64,000 bases of DNA, taken from positions 434,001 through 498,000 of the forward strand of contig QPGO01000007.1 of the NCBI GenBank assembly GCA_008632985.1. Reading direction: 5' to 3'. This stretch comes from Psammoneis japonica. Lineage: Eukaryota. The notes below the pieces were generated by a model. That model saw only the letters and a list, made by a program, of their open reading frames with translations, had not been told where the DNA came from and did no database searches. This document shows, in pieces, positions 25,224 through 37,925 of this stretch (the stretch's first letter is position 1; the number at the start of each line of letters is the position of its first letter). A program made the translations under genes and the position numbers.

Positions 25224-26136
25224 CTAACGTTTCAACATTCGTAGACCGGTTGTTTTGTCACGTTCTTGCGCTGTCATGGGTGATGGCAAACCCGGAAATA
25301 AGAATGCGCAAACGTCAGTGTCAAGAAAGCGATGCGCATACATGGATATTTCTCGCTTTGAAGTGTCACATATCGTGTCTTTATGTTTCTGGTAAAGTTC
25401 TCCCGCAACGTCAAAACGCCCAACTATCAAAAGCTGAATAATTTGGGCCTTCTTTTCGCTACGTCTGCTCTTTTCGTATGCACCAAGAATTCACTCTCTG
25501 CGTCGGTCGGTTCTGGTTGAACGAGGGGTTTCCAAAGGGAAAATCCGATCCAAGGTCGTTCTTTAAGTCCCTTGAAGCTAACCACGCCTACTGGAGCTGG
25601 TGCTTGGGAGGAATAGATGATATCTTGAAATTCTCGATGCCCCGACGAGTCGTTTCTTTGATATCATCATCCGGCCGAACTACCAAAAAGGCAATCATCT
25701 CTTTTTTCGCCGTTGAGGTTGCTCCAGAGATATACGAAACAGCGAATCGTGGATCTATCCCAAAGTATTCCTGATCACGCCTTCTCTGTCTGTTGAGAGT
25801 TGCCGTTGGAATTCCGTCGCGAAAGATGCCAGGGATGTTCCTAATGTCAGTACCATAAAACACCAACGCAAGTACTCTTCCAGCGTCCAAGGATCGCAGC
25901 GCCCGGACGAATCGGTCATATACCATGGTTCCTGCGTACTCATCAGCGGTGACTTGCAACGTAGCACCAGTCAAACCCGCACTCTCGGCACAGTCCACGA
26001 AAGCGCGAGATTCGCAGGCTGCCTTCAAATCGTCAAAATTTAGTTCAGATGTATCATCCTTTAGCATCTTGGCAACGTAGCTAGCATAGAAAAAGGGAAT
26101 TCGTTCCCTCTTCAGAGCGTATACACAATTGCTCAT
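25224..26136 (-). CDS. PARP/ADP-ribosyltransferase-like protein, copy A (frameshift ~25590)
   Basis: ALVFYGT..RNIPGIFRDG...EYFG....AVSY...MIAFLV...HQ(I/L)P resembles the PARP catalytic [H/Y]GT...YF...Y scaffold. Confidence 0.55.
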
Positions 26137-26646
26137 TCTCGCTTCCTTCTGAACGGTTCCAGCTTGTTGACGGCAATCTGTCGGTGTCAAAATACTGTAG
26201 AAGATAGAAGATCATCGCTGTCGCTATCGCTACGACTTCAAACTTCAAACGCGATGTGCGATGTCTTCAGTCGTGCGTACTGCGTACGCGTTGCGCGAGC
26301 TGAAAAAAGAGGTCGTCACACCAGGGTAGACTACGGCAGTCAACGACACACAAAAAACGAGGTACTGCGGGCGGAGCGATGACAAGTGAAAGCCATCGAT
26401 TGCATTTTCATCGCACTCAAACCAACTTAAAGGATCAGCTTGACTGAATTTTGTTGAATCTCGTGCAATGCAGCGTCAAGGAGGGAGACACATTGTCCTC
26501 AGTAAAAGTGATCCTCCGTGTTCACAATCCTCCTGCGCAACTGCAAGAAGGAAAGAAAGCCGCTCAACATCCCAGACAAGTCGTCAGCACTCACAACATT
26601 GCCTTGCTCATCTGAATTAAATCACTGGTCATTCTTCCAAACCATG

Positions 26647-27581
26647 TCAATTGCCTGATGATGGCAATGCAGAAGTGCCAGATTCATGTGCACAGCTCCA
26701 TTCTGATGACTGCGGCCACCGCCATCTCCATCGAATCATCACGCGTGGCGCTTGTCGTCATGATTCAAATGGATCTCATCACATTGCATCTGCACCAGAC
26801 CACAGTTTGGAAATTTTTGTGCTTTTGAAAGTGTGCAGCATCCCATCCCAGGGCTGTCCCTGACAAGGCTTGACCGAGGGAACCATGGCAAACGAGAAGA
26901 GCACACTGGCCAGCATTCTTCTTTTCCCTCTTGACTCGGGACTCACGTTCAAGTTGATGGATTTCTCCCCAAATGCTGTCAGTTGCCTCCCACAGTTCTG
27001 ACAGAGGTTGATGTTTCCTTGGCTTGTCACCTGCATCATCATCAACTCCTCTGCTGTTCGAGTGATCATTCACAACAAATCGCTCTGGGCCACTGTCACC
27101 AACTTCCCAGGCTTGGAACGAGTCGGGGAACTGTTGTTCTGGTTCTTTCTTGTTGCATCCCTCCCATTTGCACAGACAAATTTCTCACAAATCTGCCAAC
27201 ACAATTTTGTTCAATGGAAGCTCACAATGCTTCTTCACAATCTCCAGCATTTGGCGAGCTCGAGTCAGTGGTGAAATGCACACGGCGCCAATCTTGTCGA
27301 TGTTTCGCAGGGCTTGCCGAGCAGCCTCTACAGCCTGAGTCTTTCCCAGATCTGTCAGTCTTGAAAAATCCAAAGACCCTTGAACAAACCCACCGGCATC
27401 TGCATCGGTTTCTCTGTGATGAAGGATTTAAAAGGAACGAGGCATTTCATTGGTGGCAGATTTCACACTGGGAGAAATAGAAAATTTGGCAAAAGCACCA
27501 GAGTTTGCTCTGTCCGGTCTTGAAAGGGTTTCCAACAAAACGCAAATGTGGGAGCTGCTTTGGTTGCTGCGCCAACCCAAC
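26647..27581 (-). pseudogene. Hypermutated, 5'-truncated copy of the histidine-phosphatase gene
   Basis: Colinear with 48807-49730, with systematic CG>TG/CA and TA>TG/CA changes; RHGE region (CGTCACGGAGAA) reads CATCACAGAGAA. Confidence 0.9.
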
Positions 27582-28095
27582 AGCACTCATCATCTTTCAA
27601 CTTTCAACCACCATGACTGATGGGAGTTGAGCTTGATGTCTTCATGATGCAGGCACTCTGTGCAGGGGTGCGGTGTGTCAGCCTTTGCATGTGAGCTCTT
27701 GGTCACTTCAGTGTGAAGATCTGTTGCTCCAGCAAGTCTCAATTGCTGTCCGGTTTGCTGTGGTTTTGTGAATGACCAGCCAGCTTTGTTCTGGTCTCAT
27801 CCATTCTGATCTCCTTTGTGGACCACACTGAAGACGTGTCTTTTTGGTCCCTCTTTTCTCACAAGGCCTTTGGGGCCTCTTCTCACTTCTTGTGGATTTT
27901 CCTGTTTGTGAGGATCAGATCACCTTGACAGCTTGGCAGCTGTTCAGACCTGCATGCTTTAGACTGTCGTTGCTTGTTGCCCCAGCTCATGCTGACATTG
28001 TCTGGCTCATTTCTGTGGTTGTGAGCCCAAGTGTCGTCATTGCTTTGAATTGAATCTGTTGAATTGACAAGAAGCAAAACCTCTGATTTTGTCAA

Positions 28096-31000
28096 ATGAG
28101 CAATCATTCAGCAGGATCAAGCAATCCTTTGTTTGGGGATGCAGACCCTGAACTGTCAAAGAATGAAACATCAGAGGACTCAAGTGAGGAGTCTGAGGAA
28201 AAATCTCAAGGACACTTCTCGGCCTCTCAAGGAGGGATCAAGCAATGCCACTGCAGTGGTTGTTCCTCAAGTTGGCGGGGTTGTTGACAATGTCACAGGG
28301 GCTGGCAGTCCACAAGTTGTGTTGATCCCCACACTGTGGTGCATCATCCACATTGTCAACATCCGATTTCATTCTGTCACTCTGCAACAATTGCACATGT
28401 CATGCTGTCAGAAAGGTTTGCAGTCTAAGATTGACACCAACAAGGACAGCAAGGTGACTATCGCCATTGGTCAGACCAACTCTGTTGACCAGCATCTTCT
28501 CATGAGCAGCATGGATTTGGTGTTCCATGTCCAGAGGAGAGATCCAAGGACAAGGGCACTTGAAGAGTGGAATGTTTCAATGAACTGAGGTTCATTTGAC
28601 CTTCAAGAAGTTAAAGACCATGTTCAATGCTTGCTCTCAATGGGTGATCAATGTGATGAGCAGAAGCTGCAATGGCCAGGAGAGTTCTTTCTTGACTTGA
28701 TCGGGATTGCTCCACTTGGTGACATCCAGAAGTGTGCCAATGGACCTGTGCATGGGCCTGTTGTCTTTAAGCTCATCATGAACGAATTGCATTCATCAAC
28801 TGTGTCGGCTCTCCACTTGGTGTTGGACAAGCTCAAGGCTGTGAAACTCAAGGAAGAACCAGGTGAAACATTGAGAGCTGCACTTCGAAGGCAGTTGAAC
28901 TTTGCAGGCATCTTAAAGGTCATCACAAGTTGCCCAAAGATGCCCCTTCGATCCTTTGCAGTGGAATCGTGACATCGACTGTCAAGCCATTCCGGATTCA
29001 GTTTGTGGCTGTCTTCAATGAAGAGTTGATGTGTGTGGCAAACTTGATGCATGTGCCAACAAGTCACACACCAGTTTGGTTGATCAAAAAGAGTGGATGC
29101 CTTTGAATCAAAGCAAGTCCAGTTGCATCACATTTCTAAATTGTGCAGACCATTGCATTTGCCACAAGTGTGGTCAATGAGGTCACATCCATCCCAACTG
29201 CCCTCAGATTGCTGACAACAACAGTGATCCTGGATGTGGCAGTTTACGTGGCAAAGGTGTTGGTGGTCAATGCGGTGGATGTGAAGACAATTGTGGACCA
29301 GGATGTGAAGGTTGGGGTGATGATCACACTCCTTGGCCACGTCAAACTCCAAGAGGGACCCTCACAGGATTCTCCTCCAAAATGTAGAGAATTTCACATG
29401 CAAGTCTCCAATGGTGCAACCAAGCATTGGTGCAGCAGATGTGGTTGTTGGACCAATCACACTGCTGCCACCAATCACCAAGCTGCCGATGCCAATGCTC
29501 AGAGCACTGCTGCCACTCAAGACCAATTTGAATGCCGTGCGTTGAATGCTGGCAAGTGCCATGTTGCTTGGGACCAGTCCATGCAAGATTCTAGCACTGT
29601 TTCTGATTCTCAAGATGGTGCTTTGGCCAGGAACACATTGAATTGGATCTTTGTGGGTTGTGCCTCAGTGCACAACTTGTCAAACTGGTGGGCCAGTGGA
29701 TTGTTGGTTTGCTTTTCATAAAGGGCCCTGCTCTCTTTAAAACCAATTGTTGGAGGGAAACCAACATTAAAAAAGACTTGGATCAAGTGCCGTTGGAAGT
29801 GCACCCAGAAGTCATGTGTGTTTTGTTGGCACACATGATGTCCATGTGGTCTTTTGCAATGCTCTGCCACATGACTCATGGGCATCATCCTCACTTGTTC
29901 CTGCAAACACCAGGATTTGTTCAGAGGGATGTTGAGACACTCAAGAAAAAAAAAAACACAAGATCCTGAAGTTTTGTCCAAGCAACAATTGTTCCAGAAG
30001 ACTCAACAAACAACATTTTGTTCAATGTTCTGTCCTGAACTTGTTCATGTGTTGGTGGTTGTTTTGACATTTGTTGGGATTCATCAAGCACTGTGGCCAA
30101 GGTCTTCCAAGCAACATCACATGACTCTTCAAGATGAATCAGTTTGCGACATCACAAACCAAGATTGGATCTTCTGACTTCAAACATTGTGTTGCACATG
30201 CTCACGTGCCATTTTGTGAACATTGACTTTTGCAAGAACAGATTGATCATCTTCCAATGTCATTCTCATCTCCTTGTGACAAGCAATTTGAGGTTCTTTT
30301 TGATTCTGGAGCAAATGTCACTTTTGCTTTTGACAAAGAAGATTTTGCACCTGGGGCATTCAAGCTGTTCAACATCACCTGCTGTTGGAGGTTATGTCAA
30401 CATCAAGGGCATGAGCGTTGTTGAGTGGATGGTGTGTTTGATGATGCTGGATGCAAACAACACATCTGCGCTGAGTGCCCCCACATCCTGACTTCTCCTG
30501 TGAAGTTGTTGAGTGTCACTTGTCATGGGCACAACAAGAATGGCAGTGGCTTGGGTTGCAGGCTCAATGTTGACACCTCAAAAGACCATGCTTTCTTTCA
30601 TTAGCATGGCAGTGGCGCCATTGCAATGCCTTGTCATGAAACCAACAGAGTGCCCATTGCAACAGGAAGGAATCCATTTTTGGCAGTGACCTGGAAGCAA
30701 AGCATCTGCACATGTGTGATGGACAAATTCAATCAAAATGTGTCATCAAAACAAAAGAGACTGTTGCAGTGGCATTTTTGCTTGGGTCATCTTGGCTTTG
30801 ATCATGTCAAGTGGTTAGCCAGGAAAGGACACCTTGGGCATGCTGCAAGAGACTGTTGGCTCTGCTGCTGTTGACAGTCCCAAGTGTGGCACATGTCAAC
30901 ATGGTTGAATGACTTGTCGTCCAACCAGAGCTGCACAAACTGAGAAGGTTCCCAGTTGGAATCAATCTCTCAATGTTCTTCATCCTGGACAAGTGGTTGC

Positions 31001-33915
31001 TGCAGACCAGCATGTGTCCTGCATTCAAGGTCATCCATTCAAATCTTGTGAGAAGACCAAAAAAGCAGACAAATGTGGTGGCAGAACTGTTTTTGTTGAT
31101 GTTGCCTCTGGCAAGGTGTCAGCATGTCATCAAGTTTCATCTAGCACTTTCAAGACCATCAAGAGCAAAATGGCTTTTGAGAGGGAGGCTGCTTCTGCTG
31201 GCATTTCCATTCAAGCTCGTCAATCAGATGACACAATTTTTGTGAGCAACAAATTCCTCGAGGAACTCAAGGAGAATGGTCAGGGTGGGAAGCTTGCTGG
31301 TGTTGGGGCACATCATCAGAACACCATTGCAGAGCAAGCAATTTGCAATGTTGCCAAAAGAGCCCACACTGTGATGCTCCATGCTGGAGTTTGGTGGCCA
31401 GATGCAGCAGAGATGGATTTGTGGCCCATGGCCATGAGTCATTCTGTCCATTTGTAGAACTTGACCCCATGAATGGATTTCAATGGATTGTGTCCCAAAG
31501 AAGTCTTCATGGGAGTGAAAGTTTCTTCAAGTTCAACCCTCACAAATTTGGCTGTTCTTTGGGGGATGCCCGACCTGCGTGTTGGACCCAACATTGCAAG
31601 ACAGCAAGAAAATGCCATGTTGGAAGGCCCAACGTTGTCACAGTCAGTTTGTGGGTTGTTTGCCTGTCCATGCAAGCAATGTTGGTTTGATCCAAAACCT
31701 CAAGAGTGGTTTGATGTTGCCCCAATTCCATGTTGTCTGTGACAACTGGTTTGAGATGGTTCATTCAGACAATGAGCGCAGGCCACCAAGGAATTGGTTG
31801 GACCTCCTCACCACTTCAAGACATTGTGTGGACACTGATGATGGTTTGGCATTGCCTCCGTCATTAAATGATTGGCTTGCTGCTGAAGAATTGAATGATT
31901 GGCATGTGCAACAGGAAGAGCAATGGAGGCAACAATGAGTGCAAGCATCAGAACCAATGAAACAGAGGGAGAGGATGCCTGGATCATCTTCTTAAGGACA
32001 ATCCAATGCTCCCAGATGGTTGAGTGTTCCACTTTCAAGCAATGTTTTGCTGGATCTTCCATTGTCTCTAGATTTTGTCCACAATGAAGTCACGCCTCCA
32101 AGCATTGAATCCCCTTTTGCTCCATCTGACATTGCAGAGGCTCAAGAGGAAGACTCCAGAGTTGCTGGGTCTCCAGAATTGCCATTGGTTGCCAACAATG
32201 ATGGCCATTTTCCCAAAGCTCTAGACAAGTTTTGGCTCCATTCTAGTTGCAGGACAGCAGAGTTTGTTGGAACACATGCAATGTTTGCTGACCTTGATGG
32301 TGGCAGTGTCAATTCTGTGCATCCATTGTCAGCATTTTTGTTGGATTCTGTTGCAAGTGAGAAGACTTGTGGTCCTGATGCTTCTTTGCACCATGAAGCA
32401 ATGGCAGCACCACACACAAAGAGTTCAAGAAAGCCATGCATTCCAAGATCAACAATTTGATGTGATGCAATTCATTCACTCTGGTGCTGCACAAGTTGGT
32501 GCCATCTGATGCCAATGTTCTGCATGGCACTTTGGCATTTAAGTTCAAGAGACACCCTGACAGATGTCTCAAGAAATTCAAAGCACAATTTTGGGTGCAA
32601 GGGAACCATCAACAAGAGGGGGTTGATTTCTTTGAGACTTGTGCTCCAGTGGTCCAGCAGAGTGCAGTTTGGTTGGCTCATGAGTCCCTTTGTGTGGCAT
32701 GGATTGGCATCTTGCCAAGCAGATCACTCTCTTGCTTTTGCTCAGACATTGAAAATGACACACACATTGAATTGCCCAAGCTCTTTGAGACAGAACACAA
32801 AGGAGACCATGCACTGAAGCTTGACAAGAGGTTGCATGGGTTGCATCAAGCCATGACTGCTTGGTTCCAGCATTTGCCCAAGGGTCTGGAAGAGGTTGGA
32901 TCACACTCCAGTGAGAGTGATCCTGTGTGTTGATGATTGTTTGTTCTTTGCAAAGGATCTCACAAAAATTGACAACACAACAAGTCAACTCAAGACAAAC
33001 AGATGCAAACTTGATGTTGAGGACAATGCAAGTTGTTTTCTTGGCATCAACATTGACAGAGAAAATGAGGCTGGGACCGTCAATCTCACTCAAAAGGGAC
33101 CTGTCGAGAAGATCATTGCTGCCATGAACATGGAGGGTTGTCACATGAAGGCTGCTCCAGCAAGCTCCACTCCATCAGCCACCAATGCTGACGGTCCTGA
33201 GTGAGTCAAATTGTGGAGCTGCACAAGTGTTTTTGGCATGATGCTCTGTTTGGCTTCCAATGCAAGTGGCCTGATGTCCAACATGCAGTCCACAGCTGTG
33301 CCAGTTCATGCACAATCCCAAGAAGAGCCACAAGAAAGTGGTCTGGGCATCTTCAAGGCACAAAGGACCACAGTGTGACTTTTGCTGTCTCTTGCAACTC
33401 AAGGTTGGATTGCCATTGCAGTGCAGTTCTTGCCAGACATTGGAGCTGCAAAGACCCACAAGATCCCACATGCATCAAAAGTCAGTCTGGTCATTTGTTG
33501 ACCATTGGCAGCAACCCATTGATTTGGGCTTCCAAGCTGCAGACCAAGGTTGCTTTGTCTGCACTTGAGGTGGAGCATGTTGCCCTGTCTCAGGTGATGA
33601 GAGTTCCACCACCCATGAAACGGCTCATCAAGGAGGTTGCCTCTTTGATGAGCATCAATTGGGACAACAAAAAGTTGTTCCATTCTGCCATTTTCAAGGA
33701 TGGCAAAACAGTGCTTTGGCCATGATGCTGAGGATGACTCCACATGCAAAACATGTTGGGATCAAGCATCACTTCTTCAAGTCTCACATTTTGAAACCTG
33801 GCTTTGTGATTCACACTCAGAAGATTGCCAGTGAAGAGCAGTGGGCAGATGTCTTGACTGAGGGTTCAGTGCAGGACAAGTTTGAGCATTTGCGGAAGAA
33901 GATCATGGGGTGGCA
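28096..33915 (+). mobile_element. Ty1/copia LTR retrotransposon (CoDi-like), dead and hypermutated; LTRs not found
   Basis: Copia domain order: gag (GPVVFKLIM...VKLKEEPGE; WCSRCGCWTNH ~29428), protease FDSGAN (~30298), GAG-pre-integrase WHFCLGHLGF (~30770), integrase (ADQHVS...FVDVASG...HHQN), RT (AFKFKR.PD, VDDCL ~32929), RNase H (WASKLQT.VALS..E.EHVALS...KKIMGW). Confidence 0.92.
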
Positions 33916-34214
33916 GGTTGTGGTGGATTCATTTTTTATGTTGATTCAAGTTCAAATGCATGTGTTGCATGTGAAAATGGGGCAATGGCAATCAGGCATG
34001 ACAACTGGGGTTGTTGCATCTTTGCATGTGGTTTTGCATCACTGAGTTGTTTTACAAAGTTTGCTCCTGCAAGAGGATGGGCTGGTTGGAAGAGGACAGA
34101 CCAGTTTTTCTTGCTCTGCAGGCTCTGAGCAAACCATGTGCATGCTGCACAGGTGAGGCAGTTGTTGTTCTTGCTGCATTGCAAGCACAGCATTGTGCGT
34201 TTCTTGAAGTTCCA

Positions 34215-35300
34215 CCAAGACAACAACTGGTCATTTTGTTGAGTTGAAGGACACCACAAAAAAAGACCTCCAGAAGACTGTTGTGCCAACCAACAAAACA
34301 GAAAGAAGAAGTCTGGCAGGGTTAGAAGGACAAAGCCAATTTTCAGTGATCTGGCACTGCTGCAGCAGATGAAGCTGACCAAGTGTTGCAGCAAGCCCAC
34401 TGAGATCCATCCCAGACCCAACATGAGTGTGCATCTTCAGACAGTTTCTCTCTGAAGTTAAGACTGCAGCACAAAGCATGCCTGCCTCAGAGTGTTTGGC
34501 AAAACAGCTGCTCAGATTGCACTGGCATGCACCTGCACATGGATGGTGCAGAAGACTTTGTCCAAGGCTTGCAACTCCAAGGAAAGGCAGAGGCTGATGA
34601 CTTGCCAATCAATGTCTTGAATGGCAAACAAAGGCTGCAGAGACATGTGCACAAAAACCATTCATGCCGATGCAGCTTCAGATCCCAGAGTTGGCGCAAA
34701 CAGCTGTGCTGCAAAGATTTTTTATTCTGCTGTCCTGCAGGAGCAGCATGACAACAGACTTGCATGCTCACACCCATTGGGAGAGGGTGATGATCAACAA
34801 AACCCAGGCAGCACAAATGCAAAGGTCTTTTTGCACTGGTTGCAGCCACTTCTTCTTTGTTTGTTGCACTTGGAGGTCTTCAAATTTTGTTGCACTTTCT
34901 TCACAAATTCTGCACTTTTGCAGACTGAGCCTGCATGTGGCATGCTCTTGGTTGGCCAGCATTGAAAGACAATGATGCCCCCACTGATGCTGCTCTCACT
35001 GAAGCACAAGCAAGGTTTGCCTTGGTGACAGTGGGCACATCAAGGCTGCCCATTGGCCATGCCATTCACAAGGAACAGCTGCTGCCTCTCTGTCTTGGCA
35101 GCTCTAAACTGAAGAGTGTGTTTCTGGACCAACATGCCTTTTGATCTTCCAACCAGATGTGGAAGCCATTGGGTGTTGGAGTTTGGCATGGACCAAATTA
35201 CAAAGAGCATTGCCAATCGTTGCACAAAGGGCTGCACTGCACAGAGCACAGAGGAGAGCTTGTTGATCCAAGCTGGTGACTCCTGTCTCAGCCAATTGTG
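34215..35300 (+). pseudogene. Hypermutated partial copy of the MYND gene (5' half plus upstream)
   Basis: AAAGACCTCCAGAAGAC, CCCAGACCCAACATGAGTGTG, GACATGTGCACAAAA and GCTCTCACTGAAGCACAAG align with 40410-41470. Confidence 0.85.
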
Positions 35301-35314
35301 TTCTTGTCAGTCAA

Positions 35315-35980
35315 ATTTGATGGAAAATCGGCTTCGCCAATTTTGTTTGTTTGTTTGTTTGATCATCAGAGAGAGAGAGAGAGAGAGAGAGAGACTTTCT
35401 AAGTGCACCCAAATGACCCACCATCAAGTGAACTGCAGAAATTGTGGAAAGGTGCAATGGCCAACCCTCTCTGCTCACAACCCCTCTCAAACCTTTGAAA
35501 CCATGCCTGACAATGCATCGGCCTTGACCGCATGATTGTCTGCTGCAGTCACTCTCACAACCTTGGAAATCTCCTTTCCTGCTGCACACTCCGAGTCTCC
35601 CATGCCCCCCAGTTTCGTCCCATTGGATTGCAAACATGGAGGCCACTGAGAGAGAGAGAGAGAGAGAGAGACAACAACTTGACTTGAATCGATTCAACCA
35701 ACCTGTCTGTCCTTCTTTGGATCTTTTTAACACAACAACGCCCACCGCACGACAACAACAACAGCCAGCTGCTGATGAAGCCACCGCAAAAGTCTCATTC
35801 TCCCAACTTCGGCCAATGTTGTTGTGCCTGCTGTTCACTGAAATGGTTGGACAAACATCCGATTGAGCAGCTCCACCTTAGCTGCTTGCATTGCCATTGT
35901 TTGTCACATTTGACGGAAAATTGGCTTTGCCAATTTTGATCATTTGAGAGAGAGAGAGAGAGAGACTTTCTAAGTGCACA
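35315..35980 (+). repeat. Duplicated ~70-90 bp unit containing (GA)n microsatellites
   Basis: ATTTGA.GGAAAAT.GGCTT.GCCAATTTT...(GA)nCTTTCTAAGTGCAC at ~35315-35410 and ~35908-35980; third (GA)n at ~35648. Confidence 0.8.
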
Positions 35981-37389
35981 AGCAGTGTGCATTGGCACAG
36001 CAACATGTTTGGTTTTTGGAGACAATGGCATTGCAGGGTCCAGGGCTCTTGGTGTGGCAAAAAAGGTCAATCATGATTCAGCTGCCCACTGCCAGAGTGT
36101 TGTGCAGCTGTCATTTGCAAAAGAGCCAGAGACAAGGTCTTGGTGAGAGTGCTGTGGCAAGCCTCCCAGGCAAACATTGTGGTGGTGGGGGGGGGGGGGG
36201 GGCAAGTGTTTGGAGAGCACAGCTTGGCAGCAAAAGAAGATGGACAAAAATGGCAGAGGTTGTTCTTGATGTGTGAGTCTGTGAGGTGCAAAGTGGTGGG
36301 TTGAAATGACAAGCACAAGCTGGTGGTGCACAAGAGAGCATTTCATGGATTGCTGGCTCCATGCACAACTTCTCTCTGCATGCCTCTTGTGGAAGGACAG
36401 ACAGAAGGGAAAAAGTGCGCTCACTTGGTGTGGTGCTGTTGTTGTTGAAATTGCCAGCAGGCAGCAGACCAGAAGAGATCATGCAAGCATGCTTGCACAT
36501 TGTCCATGCAGAGAGCATGTGTGGCTGCACACACCAGTGGGAGCACTGAAGACTTTTTGGGAGTTGCTGCAAAAGTTTGTTGCAGCACTTTTCAACAGCA
36601 GAGGCTCTTGCCATCAAGTGTGCATCACAAGATAAAAGAAACTGTGCTCATGCAAAAACATGGGCTGAGATGCTTGAGCACCACCCAGTGTTGCTTCTCC
36701 AGCCCACTTCAGCCAGGGCCATCATGCTGCAGAGGAAGTTGTGTCCTGCAGAAAAATGCAATTGTCAAAATCCAACTGCAACATGCCATGAAAGATCTCT
36801 GGCAAAGCTGAGTTAGAAGTGAGTTTGAAGGTGCAATGAAACAAGGCAACAGAAGCCCACAAAAACAATGTGGCAGTTGCTGCTGTCTTTCTCATCCCTG
36901 GCCAGAATTTTCATTGATGTTGACACAATCCCATGCAAAGAGCATTTTAAGTGAGTGCAAATGCATTGTCTTCAACACTTTGTGTGTCCTGAACAAACAG
37001 ATCATGCAAAAATGGGACAGGGCTGTGTTTGCCAATGTGGTTTGGCAAAAGCCTGTCAGCTTGCATGCAGCCTGGCTTGTGTCCTGTGTGACTGGGAGAA
37101 GAGTTCATTGCACAACACTCTGGACTGTCTCTCAGCTCCACCAGTCTGTTGCTGGGCATGCTTTTTCTCTGACCCTCTTGCACTGTGGTCGTCCTTGCTG
37201 GGCCACAGAGGGGCACTCTGCACAGCTCCTCCATCTGCTTCTCCTTCCCCTTTCCCTTTTTGCTGCCTTGCCACTCTTCCTCTCCTCCTTCTGTTGTGTG
37301 GTTTCATGTCTCCCTGCTGTTGGGTGGTGGCTCTCTGGCTGGAGATCCACATTGGGGTCTCAAGAATGAGCCAGAGACCCAAGTCTGGG

Positions 37390-37443
37390 TTCCCCAGATC
37401 TGGATCCCCAGCTGGAGGTCTGGTGTGCTCATGGCCTGCACCA

Positions 37444-37474
<31 letters not shown>

Positions 37475-37925
37475 AGAGCTTGAGCAAGAGTGCACTGGAC
37501 ACTGGAAGAAGAGAGTCAGAGAGTGACAGAGGGCAATCAACCTGTTGATTGTTTGGCGCAGATTTGAGACCAATGAGGGGCAGCGGTCTGTGCTCCCCCC
37601 TTGTTTGAGTGGGGGGTTGTCCTCCAAGATCTGCCATGCCTCTGCTTCACTTGTCAAGATTGTGGAGGCAGTGTGCAAGTTTGTGAGCACTGTTCAAACT
37701 GCAGCAAGCTCATTCCTTTCTTTCTTCAATGTTGTGCTTCATGTTGGTGAGTTTAGAGAGTGAGAGTTTTTGCTTGCAGCCCACCAGCCCCGATTCCCCC
37801 AGATCGGGATCCCTGGCTTGAGGTCTGATGCTCATGGCCTGCACCACAACCAACCAGAGAGCTTGAGCAAGAGTGCATCAGGCACTAAAATGAGAGAGTC
37901 AGAGATCAACAGAGGGCAATCGACC
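37390..37925 (+). repeat. Dispersed direct repeat (~140 bp x2) with (CCAG)n tract
   Basis: TTCCCCAGATC.GGATCCC...GCTCATGGCCTGCACCAC...AGAGAGCTTGAGCAAGAGTGCA...AGAGGGCAATC.ACC at ~37390-37543 and ~37794-37925. Confidence 0.8.

Larger units (their letters stand above)
24818..27581 (+). repeat. Segmental direct repeat, copy A (~2.7 kb)
   Basis: Aligns from CAGATACGTTTTCGGG to ...CCCAAC with 47024-49730. Confidence 0.95.

Noticed and set aside
27582..34215. LTR pair, PBS and PPT for the copia element
   Set aside because: No matching direct repeats or clear polypurine tract recognised on either side; the element appears truncated or too mutated.
36100..37330. A further mutated MYND-type gene on the minus strand (CCNKLL...LQCSHWC)
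   Set aside because: Cys/His residues are generated artificially by the mutator here, so the motif cannot be trusted.
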